A DNA stretch of 58,183 bases, counting the filler, from Sphacelaria rigidula (taxonomy: Eukaryota): the NCBI GenBank assembly GCA_964200075.2. It is 5 parts of 5 records of this genome, joined end to end, with 100 filler letters (N's around TTAATTAATTAA, not from the genome) between each part and the next. Parts side by side here need not be neighbours in the genome. Positions count along the whole stretch, not along the records: positions 1 to 11,558 come from CAXNAA020004785.1; positions 11,659 to 23,215 come from CAXNAA020004786.1; 3 more parts are not named here. One strand, given 5' to 3'. The position numbers and the translations under genes were made by a program. The notes under the pieces are model-generated. The model had not been told where the DNA came from and searched no databases. It saw only the letters and a list, made by a program, of their open reading frames with translations. Shown here piece after piece: positions 1 through 12,628 of this stretch (the stretch's first letter is position 1; the number at the start of each line of letters is the position of its first letter).

Positions 1-66
1 GGGGAAAGCACTGTTTTAGGCTTGAACCTCATCTCAAAGTTAAACTTCAATTGGCACAATTTGTTG
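1..66. repeat. Fragment of a dispersed inverted-repeat (foldback/MITE) family at the contig edge
   Basis: GGGGAAAGCACTGTTTTAGGCTTGAACCTCATCTCAAAGTTAAACTTCAATT matches the reverse complement of ~23140-23204. It also resembles the foldback arms at ~45000-45050 and ~56370-56400. Confidence 0.7.
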
Positions 67-630
67 TTATCTGTCCACCACGTAGTTGGTTCGCGCTACG
101 CGCACCAAGAAAATCAAACCGGACGTGCCTGTACGGTTATATTTACGCTGCGGTTGCTGAAGAGTTGAAGGTGCAAAATAGCGCGAAAAAAGTACAAAGA
201 AGGACCGAAACAACTCGGAAACTTACCGGAAAACATTCGTATCGGCTCCTGCGAATCCTCCTGCGAATCGTACGGGGTACACCCCACTGTGCTGATCGCT
301 GTTATTGTGTCGATTGATTGCTAGTACCTACTTACTGCTGCTGTAACCACGATGCCTCTATCATGATGTTACTCCATGCTATTTTAAGGACATGGAAGTA
401 CAGCCGACGAGCAAACATAATATACACAGTATAAGGTAGATGTCGCCGCTAGGGAACAACGACAACATATATATTGCTGCCCGTCGGTCTTACATCTATG
501 CACAACAACTGAACGGGTTTCGCATGCCATCACCTGATTGATGATGACAAATAGCCCTGTTCTGAGAGGTCAACGCCCTACTACACTATGATCATTTATA
601 TTTCGTTAAACTCCCCACATTATCAAGTAA

Positions 631-712
631 GGCACCATGACCGAGTGGTTAAGGTGTTGGCCTGCTAAGTCAATGTGCTTCGCACGCGTGAGTTCGAATC
701 TCACTGGTGTCG
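631..712 (+). tRNA. tRNA-Ser (anticodon GCT)
   Basis: Acceptor stem GGCACCA/TGGTGTC with discriminator G. D arm ACC-GAGTGGTTAA-GGT. Anticodon stem TTGGC/GTCAA with loop CTGCTAA (GCT at 664-666). Long variable arm TGTGCTTCGCACGC and T arm GTGAG-TTCGAAT-CTCAC. No encoded CCA; a T-run (Pol III terminator-like) follows at ~718. Confidence 0.96.
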
Positions 713-2336
713 TACTGTTTTCTTCGAATATTGTCGGAAGTTTTTTCGTGCAACGTTTCTATTTTGACATCGTTTTAGGTGTACAATTTAGTTTGCTGTT
801 TGTTCGAATACCCGGATCGACTGAGAAGTGAGAAGTCTACCAATGCATAACGCGCGATCAAGAAAGTTGCTGATGCTTTGTTGCGTTACCCGAAGTACGC
901 ACGCATGCAGCCCCCGAAGATTCCATATTTCTTTTTCAAGAATACGCGCCTTGTTGAAAACATGGTCAGACTACTCGTATACTGTACGTACAATAACACA
1001 GAAGAAGCTGAGATAGGAAAAGTTATCGGTTCCTCCTGGAAGATAGTTTGATACTTGCCGAGAAACGTACTAACTGCACATGCAGCTGCCTGCAGTAGGC
1101 TTGTAGTGGGGGGAAATGGAGGTGGTGATATCAGTAGGTGAGGGTAAGGGACTCGCCACAGGATGATATCGAATACCTGAAAGTCCGGTCAAGCAATCAC
1201 AGAAACAAAATATTAGATCGTGTTGTCGGCGAAAAAAGAAACATCGATGGTTGTTTCTGTTAATTACCATGGCTAGCGGCGGCGTGTTGGCCCCCATTTG
1301 GCTGTCGCAAAAAGCAAGGCACTTCTCGCCTTGAGAATGACAATACTAGAGCCCCTTTCTTCTTTGCTAGAGGGTCCAGGGTCTACCTTCGCTGGGATTC
1401 GGGCTGGCCTTATAGCGTTATTTGTAGCGGATGTAGTGAGGTTGGCCCCGTCATGATGAAGTTCCGTATCTATACACGTCAAATTACAAACGCGAGATAG
1501 ATGAACGGTAACCCTCGCCAGCAACACCGTGTTCCCATCTCTCGCAAGACGACAGCAGTGGCAGAGGCGGACAAGCATGTAGAGGTAGCGGAAACAACCA
1601 AGCCCCCGAAAGGTAAAGATGAATTAAAGGTATCAAGGTGACCTTCTCTGTTGATCCAGAGTAAAAACAGTCAATAAAAATGCGGTTGTCGGTACTGTAG
1701 ATCTCGCCGAGACGGGAAGTTATGGGACCCAAACAAACACGCGTCATAGTTGCGCAAGTCGACTCGAAAAAATACCCACCCAGCTGAAGCTGGTTTTCGA
1801 TAATATTGTATGATATACGCACGTACAAACTCATTCCCGCTCTTCTGTGCCGCTATCGGAAGGACCTTATTTATTGGTATAGTATCTCATCAATCACGCC
1901 GTAGTACAAAAGGCACTGTCTGCCGTATAGACGGGTCACCACAAACGGACAGTCAGCAAAGTAGCGCAGTTATCAGTTCGTATACTGTAGTTCACGCAGT
2001 AACAGTCAGTCAGTCATCTTCACGACAGTGAGGCAATCACGCAGTACAACAGCAGCAGTTCAATCAGTTCTCGCGATTACGTAGCCTATGATCTTTTAAG
2101 CGCAACCACCGATAATGATCGGCATCTCTCATAGTACGGTGAAATCAACCATACAGGACGCGGCGAGTACTTAACTTCTCTTGCTGCTCGCAGAGCTCAC
2201 ACAGTTGCCTGTTGACCGCGGTCCCGAGAAGGCTGGTGTAATTTTTGGATATTCAACATTTCTGCTCGATCAACTTGACAGTCCCGCGCGAGAGCCAACA
2301 GTCCCGCGCCTGCCGCGTCGCCAGCTGTTACCTGTC

Positions 2337-5300
2337 ATGCTTACCTACGTGCTGCCGCTGCCCGTCAGGACTTCGTATCCGCTAAGCCGGGGGAGGCCAC
2401 GATGTTTATTGTCGTCAATTTTGAATACGGCGAGAAGCTTTCACTACACTCGGCGAAGAACGAACTCTGCGGTCGCCAGCGCCACTAGCCCCAACAAGGT
2501 GTACATCAACCGCATCGAGGATGCGTTACCCGCCCCCAGTGATCAAAGGATTCTTCATGTTGCTATTGCCGGCCTTCCTAACGCCGGAAAGTCAACCCTA
2601 GTGAACTATATGGTGGGCGATAAGGTGCGTGGAGGACTATGTGGCGTATACGGGGCGTCCAGCAGTACAGCAGTAGTACATTTACCAGTTACGATTATAA
2701 TAGCAGTTCGCCTCGGTAACTACCGTTGTTTGATGGGGTAGGTGTCGTGATTTGTCCGCCGACCACAGCACGACGCAGAGCACTGCGATGGAGCTGCGGT
2801 GCGAGATATCCTTGTTCTGAGTTCTGCATTGTGTAGGGTATTGTACGAATCGTCCTTCTACTGAAATCGGCGTCGAGGTGCCACCCACAGCCGCCAGTAA
2901 ATCTCTCTGGTACTAAACTGTTTGTTATATCAGGTCGTTTAGGTCGACGCATGTGGCAGGTGACCTGGATGTAATGATGTATTGTTGTACAATTCGCCTG
3001 GGCACCCAAACACAAGGTCATCTATGCTGTCCAAATTTAGCTGAGGATACAAAAAGGCACAGGACCCGTACATGGGGATGATGTTGTACTGAATAAAATG
3101 GTTTGCGCGAAGTTCGATAACCGCCGAGCGTTCGAGACCGGCACCCGGCAAAGACTGAGGAGCCGTTTAAAATTGGGCGAAGAACTGAAACATGGGACAT
3201 GTCCTGTTTCACCGTTATGCCCGTGAATGAAGGCCTTGCCGACCAAAAATCCGTTGTCAGCGAAAAATAAAATGAACGCGGAGGGATATTGAAGACGTAG
3301 TGAAGACGTCATAGACTGGTCGGACCTGTGCCGAACCTCTGCCGAACCTCTGCCGAGCATGACATACGCTCCATTCCAAGTTACCTAGGTTTAGGATATG
3401 CGACAGCTGTAGTATTTTTATCGCATATTTCTCGAGACAGGAAGCAAACCGGCCTGTGGCACTTCCCCGCTTATACACACTACGAGCTGGGCCGGCAGTA
3501 AACCGAGCATTCTCTGTCATCACCACAACTCTTCAAGTTTCCCAAATCAGCGCGACCTGAGCATATCGCTGTGGACTGCAGACTACCCTGGTGGCATGAG
3601 GCACCGCCGCTGCTCGATTGGTGCGCTTTTGGCGATGATGTTATTGTACTGCATTGACTACCGAGTACGTCCCAATTCCTTGTGCAATAGCATGTCTGGG
3701 GACGTTTCGTTTCACAAAATGCGGTGGAATTACGATAGACCGTTGCGCCGCATAGGCACACGCACACCTGACATGCCCAGGCAAGAGCACACTGGTCGTG
3801 CTGTAAGATGGCATCAAGCTCGTCATAAACTCCATAATGAGAGAGAACTTCCGAGCCAACTGTCGTATATCACCGCACGAGGCAGAAGTACTATATCAAT
3901 TTTTGTTGAAGTTAGAGCATTTTTGCTGTTTTTTCTGAAACTTCAATTTGCTCTAACTTCCGTTTTTTCAAAAAAAATTCTCTGCACCCCTCACAGGGTT
4001 GCGCAGATTGATGATAAAAATATCGTGTCACAATTTCAGCGCCTAACTCTTCGAATTGCCGAAAGCATCTCCACTCTTCGTTTTAAAATCACTGATGGCT
4101 GGCCCAGCTCGTAGACCTATTCAGTGTGGCGGCGGAGTTGCTCAAGTCGCCACAGCGGATCCGAAAAGCCCCAGAACGTTGGAGGAGACACGTTTTTTCA
4201 GTACATTTCGTGTTTGGTGCAGCGGTTTGCAAAGTGCTGCGGCCTCCGCGGCACGCGTTACGGAAACCTGCTGTCATACTGAATAGTTATGGTGTGTGGG
4301 AAGCGCATGCATCAAACCGCACTCCAATGCTCTCCTTCGTTGCCGAGAAATTTGCGTTCAAAGGTAAGCACAACAACATACTGCAACAAGATTGGCATAA
4401 CAGCAACACGAGCAGCAGCTTCTATCCTCCTGTTAGTACCCTGTGTACAGGTGTACAGCAACGTCAGTCACAGGTTTGTTGTAGAATGTACTACAGTATA
4501 GCAATGGTGCATTTTGTGTGGGCGCCGTCGTCATTTCGAGTGACGCGTGTACTAGTGATTGATACTGATCGGCTCATTTAGTTTTCATTTCTTCTGCATT
4601 CAACTGACTGCGCAGTTGGTCGGTTCATTTTCCCGGTATATAGTGCCCAAAATCGGGCCCCATTCACCGGCATAACTGTACTGCAGCACAAACACGCTCA
4701 CGTCTGTTCTCATGTGCTGTAGCTATCACTGTTCTGTGGAGTGTTTAGGCCCAACGAAGACGGTTTGGTCTGCGCTGAGATTACCTGAGCTGCTGTCTTG
4801 TTGTGATCGTATCTCTGTAAAATATAGCATCAGTCGGGACGCAGTGCTATCTACACACTTGACTGTTGAAAAGTTCATGTTACCCATACCCATCATTTGC
4901 GCGATATCAAACACGGCTGGGTAAAGAAAGACAACCAGCGCCGGTATACACCGCTCGACCGGCTGGGTCAGACCCCGTACTCCAATGAAAGGAGCAACCC
5001 ACAGCATAGTACGGATACACTGCACCGCCAGAGTACTGCTTGCACCCGTCAGCATGGCGGCCGCTGCCGCTGGCATCGCCCGGCGCTCGCGGCCACGGAA
5101 AGACACAAACAGCCATAGTAAGATGGGGTTATACCGATACACGAGCATCGCAATGACCCCCTGCGGCGGCAAGATACTACTTGCTATCTGCTTGTCTGCT
5201 TGCAGCTTCGTTTCTCTGCTGCTGTTCTATCCGCCCTGACGCTACTGTTCACTCCTGCACTGTAGTACGTACACTACAGGTGTGACTCGAGTATGTGAGC

Positions 5301-8300
5301 CATTCACAGGTACTTTTCACTACATAATTCACTACGCAGATCGCATTTCATTAGAGAGTTTCGGAATACATTTTTTAAAATCTTAGAGTCAGAGTGGAAG
5401 GCAAAATAGCCGATAACGGTGCACTTTCCGCTATCAAGTTTTTTTCAGAGCGTTTTTTTAAGAGTGAGAGTCCCCTTTACACCACTTGACTCTCAAAAAC
5501 CGTTGTTCCTCCTCAGAATTCATAGCGGAATGACAAAAAACCATGCTCACCTTCACCACCATGGTCACGTCCAGTCCAAAGTCAATACACACTAACAAGC
5601 AAAGTGAGACATTCATCATTCATCATCCATCAGAACTGCCATACTCATCACAATGGGCCATTCACGAAGTAGAAAAACTTGGCATCGCAATCAGAAGACC
5701 TCCCTGACGCCGCCATGGTATCAGCAATCCGCTTGGTTGTGTTGCGTGAAAATTCAACTGCTCGACAGGTACACGTTGCGTTGGGTGCAGTTCCTAATTG
5801 TTGCCAGCTTCAGCTGGAAGAAGACGGTGGGAACGGTCCGTAGTCTACAGCGCACAAGCAGTACTACACCTGGCTGTATTTCCATCCTGTGAGAGATCAT
5901 GACGTCTTGCACCACCATTATGGGTGGCATGTGGAAAAATCATCGCAATGCGCCCGAGGTCTGCTGTTTGAAAGTGCTGCGTACCGTACTGTCTGTACTA
6001 CTGTTTGTACAACTGACTCTCTGTACGGTATCGCTGTACAGTAAAATAGCTCACAGCATCGCAATGCACTGTTGTCGGGTTCTATATTGCACTCTCTGCA
6101 CTGCACTATACTCCACGCTGCACAGAACTATGGCACTACAGTGTCCTGTAGTGCGCCGTAGTGGTTTAAAGTACTGCAGGTGCAGTAAAAAAGCGTAGTG
6201 TATGGTGCGTACGGTGCCGCAGTTTACGGTACAGTCAGTGATGTGCCTGCCTATGCACTTCCGAACTGTACGCTGGTCGATCGTACATTTGGCGGGGCAA
6301 CCTGCGGCCAATCATTTCGACAACAAAAGAATAACGTCAAACCACGTCACATCAGCTTCCGCTATGAAATTTTTAACGTCCACTCTGAAGTTTCGAAGCT
6401 TCCACTCTGGACTCTGACCCTATGATGAAAAAAACTTCTTCCGAAACTCTCTATTGTCGCCAGATTCCGCCGATTCCTCACTGAAGGGCCTCTGATTGGT
6501 TGAATTTTACGTTTCACTACAACAATCTACCCTCATGTATGGGCGTTTTGACCACAATAATCCGCTCGAGCGTCACAGTCTAGGTTATTTTTCTTCCTCT
6601 TTGCAGAAGTTAAGGTGATATCAGGCTGAGTAAACCCCCCGAGTTCGGATCCTTCTACATCTAGGTCATGGTCATTGACGAGGTGGTTGGTGGCTGTAAC
6701 GACGCTGCGTTAACAGCAACAGCCTTGACTCCTGTGCCGGCGTCGCGGCGTCATACTCGTATGGGTGCACAACTCACAGCTCAGTCAACAATGGGAAGGG
6801 GACGCAACTTACGCGAGTCATGTGCTGCTAACAGTATGGCCGTTCAGTTGAACGGCCTCGTCTCGCCCACAGCGCCATTGCGGTTGCTAAGCTATGTACA
6901 AGAGCGTGAGACGAGTTACGTTTACGGTCGTTAATTATCAGCACCATGCACAATTGTCCATTTACAGTTCGTATCGTTTGGAAGCATAACTAATGCTACA
7001 CCGGGAACTGAAGGGAGGTTTGGTATCGACGTGTAGATAGGGAGAAGGTCGCTTGAGCCGTACTGACTTTGGCAGAGCATGGTCTTGCTTCTCGTGTTTT
7101 CGAACGATGCCTACAGGGTCACACATATGGTACACGGTGAGTTGAATTTTGAAGTCAATGGGCTGTTTTTCCGGTGTAACAGTTTTTTTACGCCGATGAT
7201 GTGCTGGACACGGCGCGACCACGTGACCAAGATCCCTCAAGATACGGTCTCCCCCAAATCGCCGGAGTGATCTAACATAACTTGCTCAGATCCAGTGCGC
7301 GTGCCGTAAGAGCCGGCCTTGTGCAATCATCGATGTTTTTCTTTGAACATGCGAGTTTCGGGACGTTTGACAGCGTTGTGGGGCTCAAGTAGACACATGC
7401 CTAGGGCACAACAAATCACTTCAATGAGAGGAATTTCCTCTAGCCGACGTTTCCGGTTCCTCGCTCGAAATATTCCAGATTTTCGCAAACGGCCACTTAC
7501 CGCAAATCCATATGCCCATGAGAAAACACAACACCGTGCCTTGGGTAACGTACAGTGAAGGGGTGCAGCAGGCGAAGAACGCATTTTTTGTGGCGAAAAA
7601 GAACAACTCTTGCAACACTTACTCTGTATCGCAAGACCCGGTTGAAGAGTGCTCAAGCGAGTTGCTGTAGCCGACGAGTTCCAGTTGGGATATTGTGTGG
7701 GCAGCAACTGACTGTGCCAATCATTTTTAGTTGGCTGCCGAAGCTGTGCAATGTTTCCGTCAGGAAGATACCCTGAACGGGGCGAATATCCGTTACTACG
7801 TCTATATTTTTTCGTGTTTTCCATGATCAATTTTTTGGGGGAAATAGCCTGGTTTTTGGCCTACCGTACTACTGGGCCATGAGAGGAAGAACAGCATGGA
7901 TTGCAAGCACTCCGGTAGAGTTTGCTGCTCATGTTGTACGCCATTGTGTGTTTGAAAGGAAAAGAGTGAGAAATACTCGAGTACCCAGCGCTTTAATCTT
8001 CCACACACATACGTGTCAACTTGTCGAACAAGCTCTACTGTAAATTCATCAACTACCCTGACCCCCCTCCCCCTCCCCCCCCACACACACGAGACTATGG
8101 TTTGAAACCTGATAATTTTACTACTCTTATACCTATCCCCTGTTCTGTAGGAGGACGCCGAAGTGAGAGATGCACCACCTCCTGTACGCATCATCATTGA
8201 TGGCCGTTGAACGGGAGCGTCAATACATCGGTAACGACGACCGATACGATACGATTATGTATACATATGAATGTGTCTATCGTATCGATGTTATCAGTAC

Positions 8301-9478
8301 CGATGCGTTGCACCAACGCGGCAGGTACTCCTCTGCACGTACGATCACTTTGAACAGCAGGTACATGTACGATACGGTGTACGCGCACGCGAATGAATGT
8401 AGCAGACCCAGGGGGCAGCGCCGTATCATGCCGCTCAGGGTAATCAGCAGCCAGTACGTACCTCTTGATACAGATACAGTTCGCTCGGAGCCCCTCCAGG
8501 TAAAAGTACATTGTAACCTACACTTTAATTTTTCTGTACATTGCATACATATGCCTTCGATGCCGACCTTCCCCCCCACACACACTACTGTATCATACTC
8601 CACACCTCAACCTTCGCAAAACCCGCACACACACACGAACAGGTATCGGCAGTGTCCACCAAGCGGCATACGACGCGACGAAATTCGATGGGGATCATGA
8701 CCATCAACAACGCCCAAATATTTTTTCACGACACTCCCGGCTTCGTGAGCCACAGGGACCGTGGCGACTACCGACGAGAGCTCTCGAAGGCCTCTAGAGA
8801 GACGATAGCCTTGGTGGATCTCACCCTGCTCGTGGTTGATGCCTCTAAAAAGGTAGACGACCGGATTTTCGTGAGCATCGAAGGGCTGCTGGAGCACGCG
8901 CTGAGATCTCGAGGCGCCCTCGCGCTTGTGTTGAATAAAGTGGACTTAGTGGGCAAGGACATATATTTGACGCGTAAGAAGGACGGGATCTTGGAGCTGG
9001 CGCAGAGAACGGTCGACCGTATCATGGCAGAGGACAAAAAGCAAAAGGATGAGAATGTCGATGACAGTGATGCTGATGGCGATCATGGAAGAAATCGGAG
9101 TGGAAGCACCGATTCCGAAGAGGCTGTCCAGGGTCGAGACAACACGAGGGTTGATGGCCAGGTGAAAACCATAAGAGAAGTAGCGACGAAGGCTGCCGGG
9201 AAGGACCTCGCCGCCGGAGGAATAAAGAAGCGTGGCCGCCTCATCGACCGCTCCGTAGATGGATTCGTGGAGGTGTTTATGACATCGGCGTTGAATGGGA
9301 AGGGGGTGGAAGATATCGTTGGCATGCTGGAGCGGAAAGCGCGGCCGGGACGCTGGCGCTTCGACCGAAGCAGAACGTCAAACCTGAGTGAGGAACTGAG
9401 GGCGACAGAGATCATCCGAGAGAGTCTGTTCACCCACCTGTACAAGGAGCTGCCGTACGTTATCGAACAGCACACGAA
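2337..9478 (+). CDS. era: Era-like GTPase (ERAL1 homologue, probably organelle-targeted), 3'-partial; exons 2337-2624 and 8643-9478
   Basis: Exon 1 ends VAIAGLPNAGKSTLVNYMVGDK|GT (G1). After a ~6.0 kb GT-AG intron, exon 2 resumes in phase: VSAVSTKRHTTR (G2), DTPG (G3), NKVD (G4), TSAL (G5), then EIIRESLFTHLYKELPY (start of the KH-like domain) and a GTGAGT donor. The N-terminal extension is R/S/L-rich. Later KH exons were not found in this contig. Confidence 0.93.
3483..4111. mobile_element. Non-autonomous TIR element (MITE), TA-flanked, Tc1/mariner-type; family A copy 1
   Basis: TA|CGAGCTGGGCCGGC ... GCTGGCCCAGCTCG|TA. Both subterminal regions align with 39774-40315 in opposite orientation. 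Confidence 0.85.
5353..6452. mobile_element. Non-autonomous TIR element with 3-bp ATT TSD (PIF/Harbinger-ISL2EU superfamily-like)
   Basis: ATT|AGAGAGTTTCGGAA ... TTCCGAAACTCTCT|ATT. The perfect 14-bp TIR extends imperfectly to ~50 bp (CAGAGTGGAAG / CTTCCACTCTG). It lies in Era intron 1. Confidence 0.8.
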
Positions 9479-10034
9479 GTGAGTCGGAGTCCTGACATGT
9501 TTTTTTTTCTGTTAGGCGCGAGCTCTTCTGGTTACACACGCATGTGAGTAAGTTTTTTTGCGTGCGTGGGTGCGTGCGTGCGTGCGCGGCTGAAAGTACG
9601 CCGCGGCGGCTGGACAATGTTCAGATCATCTTGCATATTACCCGCTCTCTGGTGAGGAATGTACAGTAAGTTGACACACTACGCGAGGCACCGCTGTCGG
9701 CTCCGGAGTGTTTCTGGCACATGCAGTTTGTTGCTGCCGCATTGTTGTCATTAGCGGTGGGGGTAGCTCCATTCGGAATCGGTACCGTATCTTAACGCAA
9801 ATGACTTCCACCCCTGTTCAAGCACAGCGCTTCTTACTGTACCCCGCGACACGTCGTAATGCCGCGGCACATTTCGAGTTCCAGTGACTAGTACATCGCG
9901 AAACATTCGTCTTCTTTATTTCTGGCTGCCGCCGATGCTTGCGAGGGCGTGTGTGGAAAGAGAGGAGTCAAGCGCAGGCCGCCAAAAGGCTGTACTGTTC
10001 AGCACGCTGGTCACTCCCGCCCCGTATACAAGTA

Positions 10035-11173
10035 CGAGCTGGGTCAGGCTATAAACGGATTTAAGCGCTCACAGCCAAATCTCATCGACACAGACGAATT
10101 AGAACTAGGCCGTGATTTTTCCGTATATCTTATTGGTCGTCCAAGTCAAGAGGAATATACCAATCCGCTCAGAAGCCTGAGCTAATGTATCCTCGTTGAT
10201 GGAACGCTATGTCCAGTCATTCCTGTACGGTACGGAGATAGAGCCCGTACTAAAGTCTTTATGGGACCCCAAACGATACGTACAGCGGATGGTGATGATT
10301 TCCGGTGTGAACATTCCTGGAGCACGGGAAAACGATCGATACCCCTGCCTCCACCCAATTCGATGTCTAGCTAGAAATATGGCGCGCATAACATTCCATA
10401 CCAAACTCGATATATTGCGAGCAGAGGCACTAAATACAGTAAATCTGGATTCGTGTCTCGATTTTTGAGATTTGTGCTTTGAAATTTGGAATGGAACATC
10501 ACGAGGGCAGATGATAGTAGAACGTTCATGTTTTGTCATGAGGTTTTTGTGAAAAAATGGGCATTGGTTTTTGCTCTTCACTCAGTTTCTCAGCTCAGTT
10601 TTCAGAATTGTGCTGAAATTCAGAGTGAAGCTTTCATGTTCTTCTTCGTGAGTGAAGGACATTTTCGTGAACAAAATGTCCCTTACTACCCTAACACGTC
10701 CTTAACTCATCATGTATATATATCACGTAAATTTTTCATCATTATCATGCCCTAGCGATTCTCGACATGAAATTTCAAAGCACAAGTACTCGAACTGGGC
10801 TGATAAATGACCTACAAAATACTGGTTCGAATCTCGACCGGCCCAGGCTGTAAATCTGTGATTCTCACGTCAATTTTGAGGGTTGAGCTTCGAATTTTAT
10901 TTCAGTATGAAGCATCGCTAGGGTATAATGAAGGGGAAAATGGGACAAGGAGAAATCTTGTTTTCTTTCATTAACTTGGGACGTTTTGGTAAAACCTGGA
11001 TATCGTTTTTTCGCCTTTAACTTATGAAAACTTAAAAAAAAACGAACTCAAGTCCAAACTTTTTCCCTTCATTATGCCCCAGCGTTTCTCCACACCAAAT
11101 TTGGAAGTGTAGCAAAGTTGAGGTGAGAATCTGCCTGCAACATACGGATGCGCTCCTAGGCTGGCCCAGCTCG
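10035..11173. mobile_element. MITE family A copy 2 (longer variant with internal inverted repeats)
   Basis: TA|CGAGCTGGGTCAG ... CTGGCCCAGCTCG|TA. Internal inverted repeats include TTGTGCTTTGAAATTT (~10472) and AAATTTCAAAGCACAA (~10770). Confidence 0.75.
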
Positions 11174-11558
11174 TACCCAAAGCGAATGCACTGCTGTTGA
11201 AGTACTCATGATGGGCTGCGTGTCTGTCGTACCTTGTTCATTCGGGTGAAATTCATTGAGGTTCAATACAAGGTGGAGTCTCACCGTGTCATGTTGAGTT
11301 GTGTCTAACCATTTTTGGGACATTCTTCCCTGCCGACAACTCGTGGATTTGGGACTTCTTAAAACCGAAAAAATCTCCGAACCAAGCCAAACACGAATCA
11401 AAAAGTCTATCCACTGCATCCCGGATGAGTAACCAGTTCCTCGTGTATTCCGTAGGTAATAAAATACCCCCCCCCCAAGGCTACGGCTGTCTCTGGAAGT
11501 GGCGATACCGGAGAATAAAGCATCTTTTTGGAGGCTGTCATCCAAATGCAAGATAATC

Positions 11559-11658
11559 NNNNNNNNNNNNNNNNNNNNNNNNNNNNNNNNNNNNNNNNNN
11601 NNTTAATTAATTAANNNNNNNNNNNNNNNNNNNNNNNNNNNNNNNNNNNNNNNNNNNN
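11559..11658. other. Artificial contig spacer (44 N + TTAATTAATTAA + 44 N)
   Basis: The spacer is exactly 100 bp, carries a six-frame stop linker and is identical at four sites. Confidence 0.99.
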
Positions 11659-11674
11659 CCCCCCCCAATAGATG

Positions 11675-11732
11675 TGTATGCGGGGTAGTGCTACATGTAT
11701 GCGGGGTAGTGCTACATGTATGCGGGGTAGTG
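11675..11732. repeat. 21-bp tandem repeat, about 3 copies
   Basis: The unit TGTATGCGGGGTAGTGCTACA is repeated head to tail. Confidence 0.85.
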
Positions 11733-12271
11733 ATCCGTTACATTTTTGTTTTTTGAGGGAAAATTGAGCACAGCTGACAATCCAGTTTGGCAACTTGTTA
11801 AGTCAAGTCAAGCAAGCTCGTTTTCTTGTTTCAAGGACTACGAGAGCCCCCTGCCCCGCGCAATGCTCATTTCTCCGAGGTTGTGTTGTGTAGGGTATGG
11901 GCATGTTCGGCATGGTATGAGATTCCTTGCAGAACTTGCGGACCTGTAGAGTACAGTATGTTTTTCAGATACCGTACCTACAGCCGGGTACTTCTACAAA
12001 GGTGTACCTGTACCCCCGCTAGGGGTGAACATCTCGTACGGATTGTAAAGAGCTGTCGGGTCCCGGTATGGGTGACAGAACTCGCACAACTACCGGGTAC
12101 GAGAAAAGCCTAGTGAATACTCTGGGTATACAAATATATCGTACCCAGCAGAACAACTTGCAATATTTGGCGGTGGGTCCATGGGTACGGCTCAAATTAT
12201 ATAACGCATACACTATTTTCAAGTAATTCAATATATATTATTATCGGTCCCTCGACATTATGTAACGCATT

Positions 12272-12628
12272 GTGTGTTGTCGTCCCATTTATTCTGGGCG
12301 CCAGTCTGCACCTTTCGGTATACAGTATGTGGGCGCACCAGCCGAGGTCACCCAGGAGGGAGGTCAACAAGGAGATCTTTCTTTTTTGTTTGTTTTTAGT
12401 ACCCCACCTTCCTTCTGCGGTGCTTGCCTTTATTTTTTATCGCGAAACGGGTTCAGCAGTCCCTTTTCCCTCGTCGACCGTTACGTCGAATTTCGTAAAC
12501 CCACGAAATTATCGCTCTCCACTATTGGTTGTGAGAAAAAGTCCTAGATCGCTCCAGGAATTGATCCCCACTACTCAACCATCAAAAGGCTTCGAGGTTT
12601 CCAACTGAGCCACCGGGGCGACCGACTC
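12272..12628 (-). mobile_element. tRNA-derived SINE, full length, with 8-bp TSD
   Basis: The minus-strand head has an A box (TGGCTCAGTTGG) and a degenerate B box. The 3' end is GGGACGACAACACAC. It is flanked by AACGCATT at 12264-12271 and 12629-12636, and is collinear with 36175-36541. Confidence 0.88.

Noticed and set aside
3150..3212. Hammerhead ribozyme (CTGAGGA-GCC..GGC-GAAG)
   Set aside because: The core has GAAG instead of GAAA, and no stem I/III with an NUH site can be formed.
11603..11614. TTAATTAATTAA as a biological palindrome
   Set aside because: It is a synthetic six-frame stop linker inside the N spacer.
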